NCBI GenBank assembly: GCA_031372985.1 | Contig: JANMMF010000069.1 | Span: forward strand, 1 to 53,108 | Direction: 5' to 3' | DNA from: Gemmatimonadota bacterium | Lineage (GTDB): Bacteria > Gemmatimonadota > Gemmatimonadetes > Gemmatimonadales > Gemmatimonadaceae | DNA: 53,108 bases | Part shown: positions 1-11,553 of the stretch, one piece after another | Layout of the letters: the number at the start of each line of letters is the position of its first letter | Numbering within the stretch: position 1 is the first letter of the stretch | The notes under the pieces: generated by a model | Seen by the model: only the letters and a program-made list of their open reading frames with translations | Database searches by the model: none | What the model was told of the DNA's origin: nothing | Translations under genes and position numbers: made by a program

Positions 1-729
1 GGGGACGTCCGACTGCTTGGAATAGTCGAGCACAATCGCGGGGTTCTCATGAACATGCGGGGCAAATTCGCCGCCGCCGAAGTCCGATACGCGAGCAGCC
101 TGAGCGCATTTGAGAAGGTGGGAGACGGACAGTCGGTCTCGTCGGTGCTCAACAATCTCGGAATCCTCTATACGAAGCTGGGCCATTACCAGCGCGCGGT
201 GGAGACATTGGGGAGAGGTTTGGAGATTGCCAGGGCGCGCCAGGACGCGGTGATCGAGAGCATCCTCACGCTCAGTCTCGCCGAGGCGTGGGTGGCCGCG
301 GGAAGGCTGGACCAGGCGGAAGACGCCTGCGCGCTTGCGCTCGAATTGGCACGCGATCGCGGCGATCACCTGACGATGGCAGGGGCGCTGAAGTGCAGAG
401 CCAGAATCGAGCGCGAGCGAGGCGCTTTCGGCTCGAGCATCTCCACCCTTCGAATCGGGATTCTCGAGGCAGAAGTACTGGAGGACAGGCTTCTCCAGGC
501 GGAGCTTCTCAGCGAGCTTGGGAAGACTTCCAAGGCTCTGGGGAACTCGGCGGATGCCCGCCTTGCCTGGAGAGATGCGGCCGAATCCTTTGAGGGGCTC
601 GATGCGCGACACGAGGCCGCCGAGATCAACGCCTTGCTTGCTTCCCTCCCCGCGGAGAGGAACGCTCCTGCTCCCACTCGGCGAAGGCCAACCCCGCCCC
701 GCGACGAGGGATTCTCCCCGAACCCGTAA
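1..729 (+). CDS. TPR-repeat protein, 5'-partial (frame open to the window edge)
   Basis: Frame 1 is open from base 1 (GDVRLLGIVEHNRGVLMNMRG). TPR-like helices such as VLNNLGILYTKLGHYQRAVETL and LLSELGKTSKALG. Confidence 0.85.
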   Translation, partial: GDVRLLGIVEHNRGVLMNMRGKFAAAEVRYASSLSAFEKVGDGQSVSSVLNNLGILYTKLGHYQRAVETLGRGLEIARARQDAVIESILTLSLAEAWVAAGRLDQAEDACALALELARDRGDHLTMAGALKCRARIERERGAFGSSISTLRIGILEAEVLEDRLLQAELLSELGKTSKALGNSADARLAWRDAAESFEGLDARHEAAEINALLASLPAERNAPAPTRRRPTPPRDEGFSPNP

Positions 730-815
730 ACGCTGAAAAACGGGTGACTTAGGCCCCCCTCTTCTCGTCTGAGAGAAGAGCCGCTGGATGAGCCCAAAAG
801 CGGCGATTAAGCTCC

Positions 816-1892
816 TTGAATTCACATTCCGCGCTCGGGCCCCTCTGGTCCGAGCGACACAGGTATGGTGCAATTATCTCAGCCCGATCGCAGCTCGCCT
901 CGGCTGACCGCTGGGACTCCCACGTAATAGGGGAGAGCGCGGCACTCCGCGAAGTAATCGCACTAGCGACCCAGGTAGCCACCAGTCGCAGCGTGACGGT
1001 TTTGCTCGTCGGAGAAACCGGCACCGGTAAGGAGCTGTTCGCCCGTGGCATCCACGCCGCGAGCCAACGTGCGGCGGAGCCGTTCGTGGCCATCAACTGC
1101 GCCGCGATCCCCGAAACGCTGCTAGAGAGCGAGCTGTTCGGACACGAGCCGGGCGCGTTCACGGATGCGCGCAATCTCAAGCGTGGATTGTTCGAAGTGG
1201 CCGGCGGCGGGACCGTTTTTCTGGACGAGGTCGCTGAGCTCCCACTGAAGCTGCAGTCAAAACTGCTTCGCGTGGTCGAGGATCGGCGCTTTCGCCGGCT
1301 CGGCGGATCGGAGGAGCGGCTGCTTTCAGCGCGCATCGTCGCAGGTACGAACTCGTCGCTCGAGACCGCTGTCACGGACAACCGGTTCCGCGCCGACCTT
1401 TTCTATCGCTTGAACGTAGCGCGCATCGAGCTTCCCCCGCTGCGCGACCGCGACGGCGACATCCCCATCCTTGCCCACTATTTCGTGAAGCGCCACGCCG
1501 AGACCGAAGGCCGCGAGAATCTTCGTCTCGCGCAGGACTCCGTCAGCGCGCTCGAGCGGCACCGCTGGCCGGGCAACATCCGGGAGCTGAAGAACGTCAT
1601 CGAGAGAGCGGTGGTGGTGTGCACGGGTGACGTCATTCAGCCACACCATCTGTCTCTGCAGCGCCGCTCCTTCGTACCTCTGGTCGAGACTCCGGCCGGT
1701 GGGGTGATCCGTATTCCGGCGGAGGGAAAGTCTCTGCAGGCAATTGTCGATGAAGCGATCCACACGACCATCGGACTCACCGGTGGCAATCTGAGCGCGG
1801 CCGCCCGCATTCTTGGCATCTCGCGGCCCACGCTCGCGAGAAAACTCCGCGACGAAGGCTCTGTCCGCCGCACAATCCTCGCTTCGTCATGA
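816..1892 (+). CDS. Sigma54-dependent transcriptional activator (AAA+ plus Fis-type HTH) with no N-terminal sensory domain; start uncertain
   Basis: IGES, Walker [24 protein letters not shown] loop, Walker [23 protein letters not shown]-terminal [20 protein letters not shown]. Confidence 0.93.
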   Translation: MNSHSALGPLWSERHRYGAIISARSQLASADRWDSHVIGESAALREVIALATQVATSRSVTVLLVGETGTGKELFARGIHAASQRAAEPFVAINCAAIPETLLESELFGHEPGAFTDARNLKRGLFEVAGGGTVFLDEVAELPLKLQSKLLRVVEDRRFRRLGGSEERLLSARIVAGTNSSLETAVTDNRFRADLFYRLNVARIELPPLRDRDGDIPILAHYFVKRHAETEGRENLRLAQDSVSALERHRWPGNIRELKNVIERAVVVCTGDVIQPHHLSLQRRSFVPLVETPAGGVIRIPAEGKSLQAIVDEAIHTTIGLTGGNLSAAARILGISRPTLARKLRDEGSVRRTILASS

Positions 1893-3535
1893 GCGTGCGC
1901 TCCACTCCACGCTCATGGGAGCTGGAAGCGCCCCGGATCAAGGCTTTCATCGAAGAGGCAAAGCGGGCGGAGCGCGAAGGACGCTGGAGCGAGGCGGCCT
2001 TCGGCTACGAGACGCTGGTTCGGGATCCGATGGCCAGCGACCTGACGCGGCTGTCCGCGCTGCGCTGGCTGGGACGCGTCTATCTCGAGCAGGGAAACCG
2101 CGGCGCGGCAATCGACGTTCTGGAAGCCGCGGTGGCTGCCGCGACTCAGGCCGGGTCGGCAACGTCCATCGCGCAGGCGCTCAACGTCGTCGCGATCGTC
2201 CACCAAACCGGCGGCGACCTCGATCGGGCGGAGTTGATGTACAGGGAGGCGCGTGGCACCGCGGAATCCATCAGGGACTCCGAGGCGATGGCGATGATCG
2301 ACCAGAACCTGGGCACGGTGGCGAGCATCCGCGGCGACATCCACGAAGCCCTCGAAGCGTTTCAGAGAAGCCTCGAGGGCTACCGAGCCCTCGGGATGCG
2401 TGACCACGCGGCGCAGGTTCTCAACAACATCGGTCTCGCGTTTACCGATCTAGGTGAGCTCGAAAAGGCGGAGGCCGCCTACTCGGAGGCGGCGCTGGCG
2501 TTTGGCGAGGAGCACGATCATCCGAATGAGATGAACGTCGCTCTCAATCAGGTCCAGCTTTGCATCGCCACCGGCCGGTTCGACGAAGCCCAGGAGCGCG
2601 TCGACCCCCTCATTGCGCGCACCGGAGAGATCGCGCCGTCGTGGCGAGGCGAAGTATTCCGTCACGTCGGAGTGATCGCCCGCGAGCGCGGGGACTACGT
2701 GAAGGCCGCGGAATATCTGGGACGCGCCGCCGAGTCCGCGGAGGAGGGAGAAGACCTGCTGCTCAAGGCCGACGTCGCCGAGCAATTGGCCGAGCTCTAT
2801 TGGACGCAGAAGCGGCACCGCGACATGCTGGCGCACCTCAACCAATCGCACGCTCTCTATTCCCGCCTGAAGGCGCAGCACCGCGTCGCGCAGGTGGAGC
2901 GACGAAACGCCGCACTCGAGTCTCGCTTCCTCGAGATGGCGCACCACTGGGGCGATTCGATCGAGAGCAAAGACCACTACACCCAGGGCCACTGCGAACG
3001 CGTGGCTTTCTTTGCGTGCGTGCTCGCCGACAGCACCGGAATGGATTCGCGGTCGTTGTTCTGGTTCAGGCTGGGCGCGCTGCTTCACGACATCGGCAAG
3101 ATCATCGTGCCCACAGAGGTGCTGAACAAGGCGGGCAACCTCACCCAGGAAGAGTGGGCGATCATGAAGCGTCATCCGGAGGCGGGGCTCGAGCTGGTGG
3201 CGGACATCGATTTTCCAGGGGATGTGCGGGCGATCATCAGGAATCATCACGAGCGCTGGGACGGCAAGGGCTATCCCGACGGGCTCGCCGGCGAAGAGAT
3301 ACCTTTCGCAGCGCGAATTCTTTGCGTGGCGGATGTGTACGATGCGCTCACGACTGCGCGCTCGTATCGCGATAGCCTCTCGCATGCACGGGCGGTGGAA
3401 GTGATGCGCGAATCGCCGGGACAGTTCGATCCCCAGCTGCTCGATGCTTTTCTCGGTTGGGCGGAGTCGTCGGAGGTTCCCGCCCGCTCCAGCCCGCAGC
3501 GCGTTGCAAATTTTTCAACGGGACTGACTGCATGA
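1889..3535 (+). CDS. TPR-repeat / HD-GYP cyclic-dinucleotide phosphodiesterase fusion
   Basis: N-terminal ~340 aa of TPR-like repeats, then [34 protein letters not shown] and [12 protein letters not shown] overlap with the upstream activator. Confidence 0.92.
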   Translation: MSVRSTPRSWELEAPRIKAFIEEAKRAEREGRWSEAAFGYETLVRDPMASDLTRLSALRWLGRVYLEQGNRGAAIDVLEAAVAAATQAGSATSIAQALNVVAIVHQTGGDLDRAELMYREARGTAESIRDSEAMAMIDQNLGTVASIRGDIHEALEAFQRSLEGYRALGMRDHAAQVLNNIGLAFTDLGELEKAEAAYSEAALAFGEEHDHPNEMNVALNQVQLCIATGRFDEAQERVDPLIARTGEIAPSWRGEVFRHVGVIARERGDYVKAAEYLGRAAESAEEGEDLLLKADVAEQLAELYWTQKRHRDMLAHLNQSHALYSRLKAQHRVAQVERRNAALESRFLEMAHHWGDSIESKDHYTQGHCERVAFFACVLADSTGMDSRSLFWFRLGALLHDIGKIIVPTEVLNKAGNLTQEEWAIMKRHPEAGLELVADIDFPGDVRAIIRNHHERWDGKGYPDGLAGEEIPFAARILCVADVYDALTTARSYRDSLSHARAVEVMRESPGQFDPQLLDAFLGWAESSEVPARSSPQRVANFSTGLTA

Positions 3536-5160
3536 AGAAGGGCTACTCGGCGTCCGCGCTGGCAGTGTTGTTTGCGCTCATGGTCGCCTGCTCGCCTGAA
3601 GGCCGTGCGACGAAGGGACGTGTTGGCGGTACGATCGTACTCTCCTCGGCCGCGGATGCGGACGCACTCGTTCCGCCACTGACGATGTCGCTGCAGGGCA
3701 AGCAGGTCGTCGATCAGATCTTCGACAACCTGGCGGACATCGGTCCGGCGCTCAACACAGTAGGGGACGCGGGATTCACATCGCGGCTTTCCGATCGGTG
3801 GAGCTGGGCGAGCGACTCGCTGTCGGTCGCATTCCACATCAATCCGCGAGCGCGGTGGCACGACGGATCTCCTGTCCGCGCCGAGGATGTGCGCTTCACG
3901 TTCGCGCTGGTGAAAGACACGTCGCTGGCGTCGCCGCTCTCCTCGAATCTCGACAACGTCGATTCAGTCACGGTGGTCGATTCCCTTACGGCGCGGGTGT
4001 GGTTTCATCAACGGACACCCGACGCGTTCTTCAAGGCGGCGAGCCCCGTCGCCATTCTTCCTTCGCATCTGCTGAAGAACGTTGCTCCCGCATCCCTGAG
4101 GGAGAGTGCCTTCGCCCGCGCACCGGTTGGAAGCGGACGATTCCGTTTTGCAGCATGGGATCGGGGCGCTCGCATCGTGCTCCAGGCGGACAGCGGTAAT
4201 TATCGCGGTCGGCCGAACCCTGACCGGCTCATCTGGCTCGTCGCAGCCGATTATCCGGCTGCCGCGGTGAGATTCCTGGGCGGTGACGCCGACTTCCTCG
4301 ATAACGTGAAGCCGGAGTACGTGTCAGAGGTGAAGGCAAAGGGCGGAGCTGTTCTGGTGTCGCCGGGAAGCCTCGACTACGGATACGTCGCCTTCAATCT
4401 CCGCAATGCCCGCAACACCGGACCGCACCCCATTTTTGGTGATCGCGAAACGCGCCGGGCGTTGGTGATGGCCGTCGACCGAGCAGCGTTGGTGCGGAAC
4501 GTGTTCGACACGCTGGGTCTGGTCGCCCATGGTCCGGCAACCCGCGTCCTCGCGACCAGCGACACCACGATCGGCATTCCTTACGATCCACAGCAGGCGT
4601 CGAGCACACTCGATTCACTCGGCTGGCGGCGTGGAGCCGACGGGATGCGGTTCCGCGGGAAGACTCCGCTTGCGTTTTCGCTAATGGTGCCCAGCTCGAG
4701 CGCGATCCGAATGAAGGTCGCGGTCGTGCTTCAGGAGCAATGGAGAAAGGCGGGCGCCAACGTTCGCATCGAGCCGCTGGAGCTCAACACGTTCGGCAGC
4801 CGGATGGACTCGAGAAAGTTCGAAACGCTGCTCAATGCCTGGCACATCGACCCGACTCCGTCGTCGGTGAGAGAAGAGTGGGCGAGCTCGGAGATCAGAC
4901 CCGGCGGCTACAACGCGGCTTCGTACCGCAATCCGGGGTTCGATGCAGTGATCGACAGTGCCGTCAGGGAGATGGATCCCGCTCGTAGCGCGGCGCTCTA
5001 CCGGCGCGGCTACCGCATTCTCACCGATGATGCGCCCGCAATGTGGCTCTATGAGCTGCGCAACGCGCAGGGGGTGTCGAAGCGGATTCGTACGGCTGGT
5101 GTGCGGCCCGATGCCTGGTGGGCGAATCTTGCGGATTGGAGCGTCGTTAGCGGCAACTGA
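3532..5160 (+). CDS. ABC transporter substrate-binding lipoprotein, family 5 (OppA/DppA-like)
   Basis: ATG at 3532 overlaps the HD-GYP stop (ATGA). Lipobox LMVAC, WHDGSPVRAEDVRFT, PVGSGRF and RRALVMAVDR family-5 signatures. Confidence 0.9.
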   Translation: MKKGYSASALAVLFALMVACSPEGRATKGRVGGTIVLSSAADADALVPPLTMSLQGKQVVDQIFDNLADIGPALNTVGDAGFTSRLSDRWSWASDSLSVAFHINPRARWHDGSPVRAEDVRFTFALVKDTSLASPLSSNLDNVDSVTVVDSLTARVWFHQRTPDAFFKAASPVAILPSHLLKNVAPASLRESAFARAPVGSGRFRFAAWDRGARIVLQADSGNYRGRPNPDRLIWLVAADYPAAAVRFLGGDADFLDNVKPEYVSEVKAKGGAVLVSPGSLDYGYVAFNLRNARNTGPHPIFGDRETRRALVMAVDRAALVRNVFDTLGLVAHGPATRVLATSDTTIGIPYDPQQASSTLDSLGWRRGADGMRFRGKTPLAFSLMVPSSSAIRMKVAVVLQEQWRKAGANVRIEPLELNTFGSRMDSRKFETLLNAWHIDPTPSSVREEWASSEIRPGGYNAASYRNPGFDAVIDSAVREMDPARSAALYRRGYRILTDDAPAMWLYELRNAQGVSKRIRTAGVRPDAWWANLADWSVVSGN

Positions 5161-5390
5161 CGACACCTGCTCGGGGCTTCGAGCGGAGCGGCGCGCGGCT
5201 TCGAGCCGGAAACGCGTTTGATCATGGAGCAGAGCATTTTGCGCACGGCGATTGTTCGCCTGACAAGCCGGAGGCGAATCATTGTCGAAAATGAGACAGT
5301 CGCGATCCCTCTCAGTTCCCTATTGCCCGTCGCCCCCAGCCGCTCCGCCCACTGCCCCTTACAGGTAGTCTTCAGTGAAAAGCTCGTCAA

Positions 5391-5430
5391 GAAAAAAAAA
5401 GGGCCGACTGATACCAGTCGGCCCTCTTTT
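5391..5430 (-). terminator. Rho-independent terminator of dnaK, possibly bidirectional
   Basis: GGGCCGACTG-atac-CAGTCGGCCC 10-bp stem with A9 on the left (U-tract for the minus strand) and TCTTTT on the right. Confidence 0.9.
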
Positions 5431-5448
5431 GGTTCTTAAAGCGGATTC

Positions 5449-7383
<1,935 letters not shown>

Positions 7384-7470
7384 TATTCATTTCTCCTTTC
7401 CGGGAGCCGGTGCGGCTCCTTCGTTCCGAGCGCTGTGAGCTGGCGCGCACCGCGCCGGCACGCCTCCAGA

Positions 7471-7486
7471 GGCAAGGGCAGGGCCG
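7471..7486 (-). promoter_or_regulatory. Candidate sigma54 (-24/-12) promoter of dnaK
   Basis: Minus strand reads CGGCCCTGCCCTTGCC (GG-N10-GC with TTGC), ~90 bp upstream of the ATG. Two TCTGCCAT copies lie further upstream. Confidence 0.5.
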
Positions 7487-7577
7487 CGTTTCTCTGCCAT
7501 ATCGGCGCATGGATGAGGGTCGTTTGGGCGCGAGTCTGCCATCGTATGGATTACAGGAGTTCATTTAAGCAGCAACG

Positions 7578-8324
7578 ATGATTCCACTCAGCGACGAACT
7601 CCCGAGTGTCCGCACGCCGTGGATGACCTATGTCATCCTGGCCGTCATGTTCGCGACCTGGTTTTTCATCCAGGGGGCGGGTTTCGACTATCAGGCGATG
7701 GCTGCGAGCGTGTGCAACCTGGGGATGGTCCCGGGTGAACTCTCCCGTCTCGCCCCCATTGGAACGGCGATTCCGCTCGGCCACGGCCTGGCGTGCGTCG
7801 TCGACAACGACCCGATCAATGTGCTCACTCCGTTCACCTCGATGTTCCTTCACGGAGGATGGGGACACCTGCTTGGCAACGCGCTGTTCTTCTGGGTCTT
7901 CGGCAACAACATCGAGGACAGCCTCGGCCACTTCCGGTTCCTTGTTTTCTATCTCGTCTGCGGGCTGGCCGCGGCCCTCGCGCACGTCATCGCTCAGCCG
8001 GCATCGCCGTTGCCAACGGTCGGAGCGTCGGGAGCCATCTCCGGAGTGCTCGGAGCGTACCTGGTGCTTTACCCGAGAGTGCGGGTGAGGATGTTCTTTT
8101 TCTTCATCATCTTCTTCAAGGTGATTCCGATCCCGGCGTGGCTCGTTCTCCTCTGGTGGTTCTTCTGGCAGCTCGTCGCGGCGCTGCCCGCGCTCGCAGA
8201 CGGCTCCGACCTGACCGGAGGCGTCGCGGTATGGGCGCACGTCGGCGGGTTTCTCTCCGGAGTCCTGCTGGTGAAACTGTTCGAGAGCCGTCACTTGGTA
8301 GTGCGACGGGCCCCTTCCAGGTAG
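7578..8324 (+). CDS. Rhomboid family intramembrane serine protease
   Basis: TSMFLHGGWGHLLGN, catalytic GASG, AHVGG and multiple TM segments. Confidence 0.95.
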   Translation: MIPLSDELPSVRTPWMTYVILAVMFATWFFIQGAGFDYQAMAASVCNLGMVPGELSRLAPIGTAIPLGHGLACVVDNDPINVLTPFTSMFLHGGWGHLLGNALFFWVFGNNIEDSLGHFRFLVFYLVCGLAAALAHVIAQPASPLPTVGASGAISGVLGAYLVLYPRVRVRMFFFFIIFFKVIPIPAWLVLLWWFFWQLVAALPALADGSDLTGGVAVWAHVGGFLSGVLLVKLFESRHLVVRRAPSR

Positions 8325-8381
8325 ATTTTTCGGCCCAGAGGACTCCGGCGGAGTCTTCACGACTCTTCCGGAGAAATTGTT

Positions 8382-8993
8382 TTGCGGATCCTCCCTCGGG
8401 ACGAAAAGTTCTATGACATGTTCACCGAGCTTGCGATCAGGCTCACGGCCTCGGCGAATCTGCTGCACGAGCTGTTCAAGAGTCCCAGCGAGCTCGAAGC
8501 GAAAGTCGCGACGATCAAAGGCCTCGAGCACGAAGCGGACAACCTCACGCACGACATCATCGACCGGATCGATCGAACGTTCGTGACGCCGTTTGATCGC
8601 GAGGACATTCACGCGCTCGCCTCCGAGCTGGACGATGTCATCGATTTGATCGACGGCACCGCGCGGCGCGCGACGATATTCCGCATCCAGAAGACGAGAC
8701 CGGCGGCGGTGGTGCTGGCTGAAGTGCTCGCTCGCGCGGCCAGCACTGTCGAAGAGGGCGTCCGCGACATGAAGAGCGCCAAGCACGTCTACAAAATCAG
8801 CGAAAAGCTGAAGATGCTCGAGGAAGAGGGGGACGCGGTCTACCACGACGCCATGGGTGCGCTTTTCGCCGAGGGGGGGGACGCGCTCGAGGTGGTGAAG
8901 TGGAAGGATCTTTACGACAAGCTCGAGGATGCGCTCGACCAGTGTGAAGATGTGGGGAACGTCCTCCAGAGCATCGCACTCAAGAACGCCTAG
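8382..8993 (+). CDS. DUF47 family phosphate transport regulator (PhoU-like)
   Basis: LEHEADNL...TFVTPFDREDI...LEEEGD...WKDLYDKLE...DQCEDVGN pattern. Overlaps the PiT start. Confidence 0.93.
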   Translation: MRILPRDEKFYDMFTELAIRLTASANLLHELFKSPSELEAKVATIKGLEHEADNLTHDIIDRIDRTFVTPFDREDIHALASELDDVIDLIDGTARRATIFRIQKTRPAAVVLAEVLARAASTVEEGVRDMKSAKHVYKISEKLKMLEEEGDAVYHDAMGALFAEGGDALEVVKWKDLYDKLEDALDQCEDVGNVLQSIALKNA

Positions 8994-10027
8994 TGGTCCA
9001 CTACGTCGCCGCGATCGTAGTGGTCGCGTTCGTTTTCGACTTCATCAACGGGTTCCACGATTCGGCCAACTCCATCGCCACGATCGTGGGCACCCGTGTG
9101 CTCAGCCCGCTTGCGGCGGTGGTGTGGGCTGCCTTCTTCAATTTCACCGCGGCTTTCACAGCCGGTGAGCTGGTGGCGAAGGCGATTCAAAAGGGAATCA
9201 TTCGCATCGACATCGTCACCCCGAATCTCATTCTCGCGGGATTACTCGGGGCGATCATCTGGAACCTCATCACCTGGTTCTACGGGATCCCGTCGAGCTC
9301 GTCGCACGCGCTGATCGGTGGATACGCGGGCGCGGGAGTCGCCGCGGCGGGCTGGAGTGCGATCACCTGGGGAACGAAGTGGATTCAAACTCTCTCGTTC
9401 ATCGTGATCTCGCCCCTGGTGGGGGGGCTGGCGGGATTCATCCTTATGGTGACGGTCTACTGGACTTTCCGGCGAATGGCGCCGGCGCGAGTTGACCGTT
9501 TCTTTCGTGGCGCCCAGCTCTTCAGCTCGGCGCTGCTGTCCCACGCGCACGGTGCAAACGACGCCCAGAAGACGATGGGAATAATCGTCGGGTTACTGGT
9601 CTCAGTGAGACCGCTAATGGAGAAGGAAACAGGATTCTTCCATCACTTGTACGTGCCGAACGAGGGAATCCCCCTCTGGGTGAAGATGGGTGCGTATACC
9701 GCGATCTCGCTCGGCACTTTGTTCGGAGGCTGGCGAATCGTGCACACGATGGGCTCCCGCATCACGCGACTGAGGCCTGTGAGCGGATTCGCCGCCGAAA
9801 GTGGCGGGGCGCTCGCGATCAGCATTGCGACGCACTACGGAATTCCAGTGAGTACCACCCACACGATCGCCGGCGCGATCATGGGTGCCGGCGCCACATA
9901 TCGCTTTTCCGCCGTGCGGTGGGGAATTGCCCGCCGGATCGTGTGGGCGTGGGTGATCACCATCCCCGCCTCGGCGGCGATGGCGGGGATCTCATATTTC
10001 CTGCTCTCTCGATTCAGCCTGCAATAA
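8993..10027 (+). CDS. pit: Inorganic phosphate transporter, PiT family
   Basis: NGFHDSANSIAT, PSSSSHA, HGANDAQKTMG and PVSTTH signatures. Confidence 0.96.
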   Translation: MVHYVAAIVVVAFVFDFINGFHDSANSIATIVGTRVLSPLAAVVWAAFFNFTAAFTAGELVAKAIQKGIIRIDIVTPNLILAGLLGAIIWNLITWFYGIPSSSSHALIGGYAGAGVAAAGWSAITWGTKWIQTLSFIVISPLVGGLAGFILMVTVYWTFRRMAPARVDRFFRGAQLFSSALLSHAHGANDAQKTMGIIVGLLVSVRPLMEKETGFFHHLYVPNEGIPLWVKMGAYTAISLGTLFGGWRIVHTMGSRITRLRPVSGFAAESGGALAISIATHYGIPVSTTHTIAGAIMGAGATYRFSAVRWGIARRIVWAWVITIPASAAMAGISYFLLSRFSLQ

Positions 10028-10060
10028 CGAGCACCAGCTGGATCGCGAGGAGCGGCCGGT

Positions 10061-10756
10061 TTATTCCTCGCGGTGGTGCTTGATCTGCTTTCCCTCGGCT
10101 AGATAGACGGCGTCCTCGCTGATGTTGGTCGCGAGGTCGGCGATTCGCTCGAGATTTCGGCCCACGAGGAGCAGCTCGAGCGAAGGCGTGATTGTCTTGG
10201 GGTCGGCCATCATGTGTGTCAGGAGGACGCGAAACACTGAGTCGTGGAGCGCGTCGACGACATCGTCCGCTTTGCAGACTTGCCTGCCGAGCGCCCCGTC
10301 CGCGCGGATGAACGCGTCGAGCGAATCTCCGAGCATCTTCCGCGCGCGACGCGCCATGACCTCGATCTCAGGAATCTTTATGCTGACCTTCGGCTTTTCC
10401 GCCAGCCTGATCGCGCTCTCGGCGATGTTGACGGCGTGATCTCCCACGCGCTCGAGATCGTTCGATACCTTGATCGCTCCGATGATGAAGCGAAGGTCGC
10501 GGGCCATCGGCTGCTGGAGCGCCAGCAGTTCCACCGCTGCCTGTTCGACCTCGATTTCGAGCTTATTGAGATCGACATCGCCCTCGATCACGAGATTGGC
10601 CTTGTCCGTGTCGCGCGCGAGCAGCGCTTCCATCGCGAGGTCTGTACGCTCTTCAGCCTTCGCCGACATTCCGAGCAGCTGTTCCTTCAGCGAGGACAGC
10701 TGATCGTGAAAATGGCGGAAGCCGATGGCAGAGGTCGTAGTCGCTTCAACCGTCAT
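10061..10756 (-). CDS. phoU: Phosphate signalling complex protein PhoU
   Basis: [22 protein letters not shown] and [11 protein letters not shown]. Last gene of the pst operon. Confidence 0.97.
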   Translation of the reverse strand: MTVEATTTSAIGFRHFHDQLSSLKEQLLGMSAKAEERTDLAMEALLARDTDKANLVIEGDVDLNKLEIEVEQAAVELLALQQPMARDLRFIIGAIKVSNDLERVGDHAVNIAESAIRLAEKPKVSIKIPEIEVMARRARKMLGDSLDAFIRADGALGRQVCKADDVVDALHDSVFRVLLTHMMADPKTITPSLELLLVGRNLERIADLATNISEDAVYLAEGKQIKHHREE

Positions 10757-11553
10757 CCAAACCTCCCGGTGATGTATGCCTCGGTTCGCTCCTGGCGGGG
10801 CCGAGTGAAGATCTGCTCCGTCGGTCCAAACTCGACGAGCTCACCCACGAAGAAAAAAGCCGTGTGATCCGAGGCGCGCGCGGCCTGTTGCAGATTGTGT
10901 GTGACGATGATGATAGTCAACTCCTGTTTGAGCTCGTATAGCAGCTCCTCGATTTTCTGCGTTGAGCTCGGGTCGAGCGCGCTGGCAGGTTCGTCGAGGA
11001 GAAGAAGCTCGGGCTGGTTCGCCAGCGCGCGGGCGATGCACACTCGCTGCTGCTGTCCGCCGGACAGCCCGAGGGCGCTGGTACGCAACCTGTCCTTGAC
11101 CTCTTCCCATAGCGCCGCCCGCCGAAGGGAGCGCTCGACGATCTCATCCAGGGTCGCGTCGCTGGAGACGCCGTTGATGCGCGGGCCGTAAGCGACGTTC
11201 TCGTAGATCGATTTGGGAAAGGGATTCCACCTCTGGAATACCATGCCCACGCGCTGACGGAGCGCGACGACGTCCATCCCCTTGTCGAAAATGCTCTGGC
11301 CGTCGAGGCAGAGGTCGCCTTCGTGGCGGATGCCGGGAATGAGATCGTTGAGGCGGTTGATCGAGCGCAGGAATGTGGACTTGCCGCAGCCCGACGGCCC
11401 GATCAGCGCGGTTACCGCGCGCGGGGGAACAGCCAGCTGGATTTTGTTGAGCGCCTGTTTTTTTCCGTACCAGAAGGAGAACTCACGCGCTTCGATCGTT
11501 CCAGCCTGATTCGCGGGCTTCGCAAGGGGCTCCTGCACGCTGACAGCGGTCAT
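10753..11553 (-). CDS. pstB: Phosphate ABC transporter ATPase PstB (distal copy)
   Basis: [22 protein letters not shown] and [10 protein letters not shown]. Confidence 0.97.
   Translation of the reverse strand: MTAVSVQEPLAKPANQAGTIEAREFSFWYGKKQALNKIQLAVPPRAVTALIGPSGCGKSTFLRSINRLNDLIPGIRHEGDLCLDGQSIFDKGMDVVALRQRVGMVFQRWNPFPKSIYENVAYGPRINGVSSDATLDEIVERSLRRAALWEEVKDRLRTSALGLSGGQQQRVCIARALANQPELLLLDEPASALDPSSTQKIEELLYELKQELTIIIVTHNLQQAARASDHTAFFFVGELVEFGPTEQIFTRPRQERTEAYITGRFG

Noticed and set aside
759-780. CTCTTCTC-gtctga-GAGAAGAG hairpin as a terminator
   Set aside because: No U-tract on either strand; function cannot be supported.
5218-5439. 73-aa ORF in the oppA-dnaK gap
   Set aside because: Runs through the dnaK terminator (poly-Lys from the A-tract), no SD and no protein features.
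7403-7419. GGAGCCG-gtg-CGGCTCC hairpin before dnaK as an RNA thermometer
   Set aside because: The hairpin lies upstream of the AAGGAG SD and does not sequester it.
7551-8846. 431-aa minus-strand ORF, and similar long antisense ORFs such as 31171-32337 and 2450-3385
   Set aside because: Mirror frames of well-supported genes caused by GC codon bias; no recognisable motifs.
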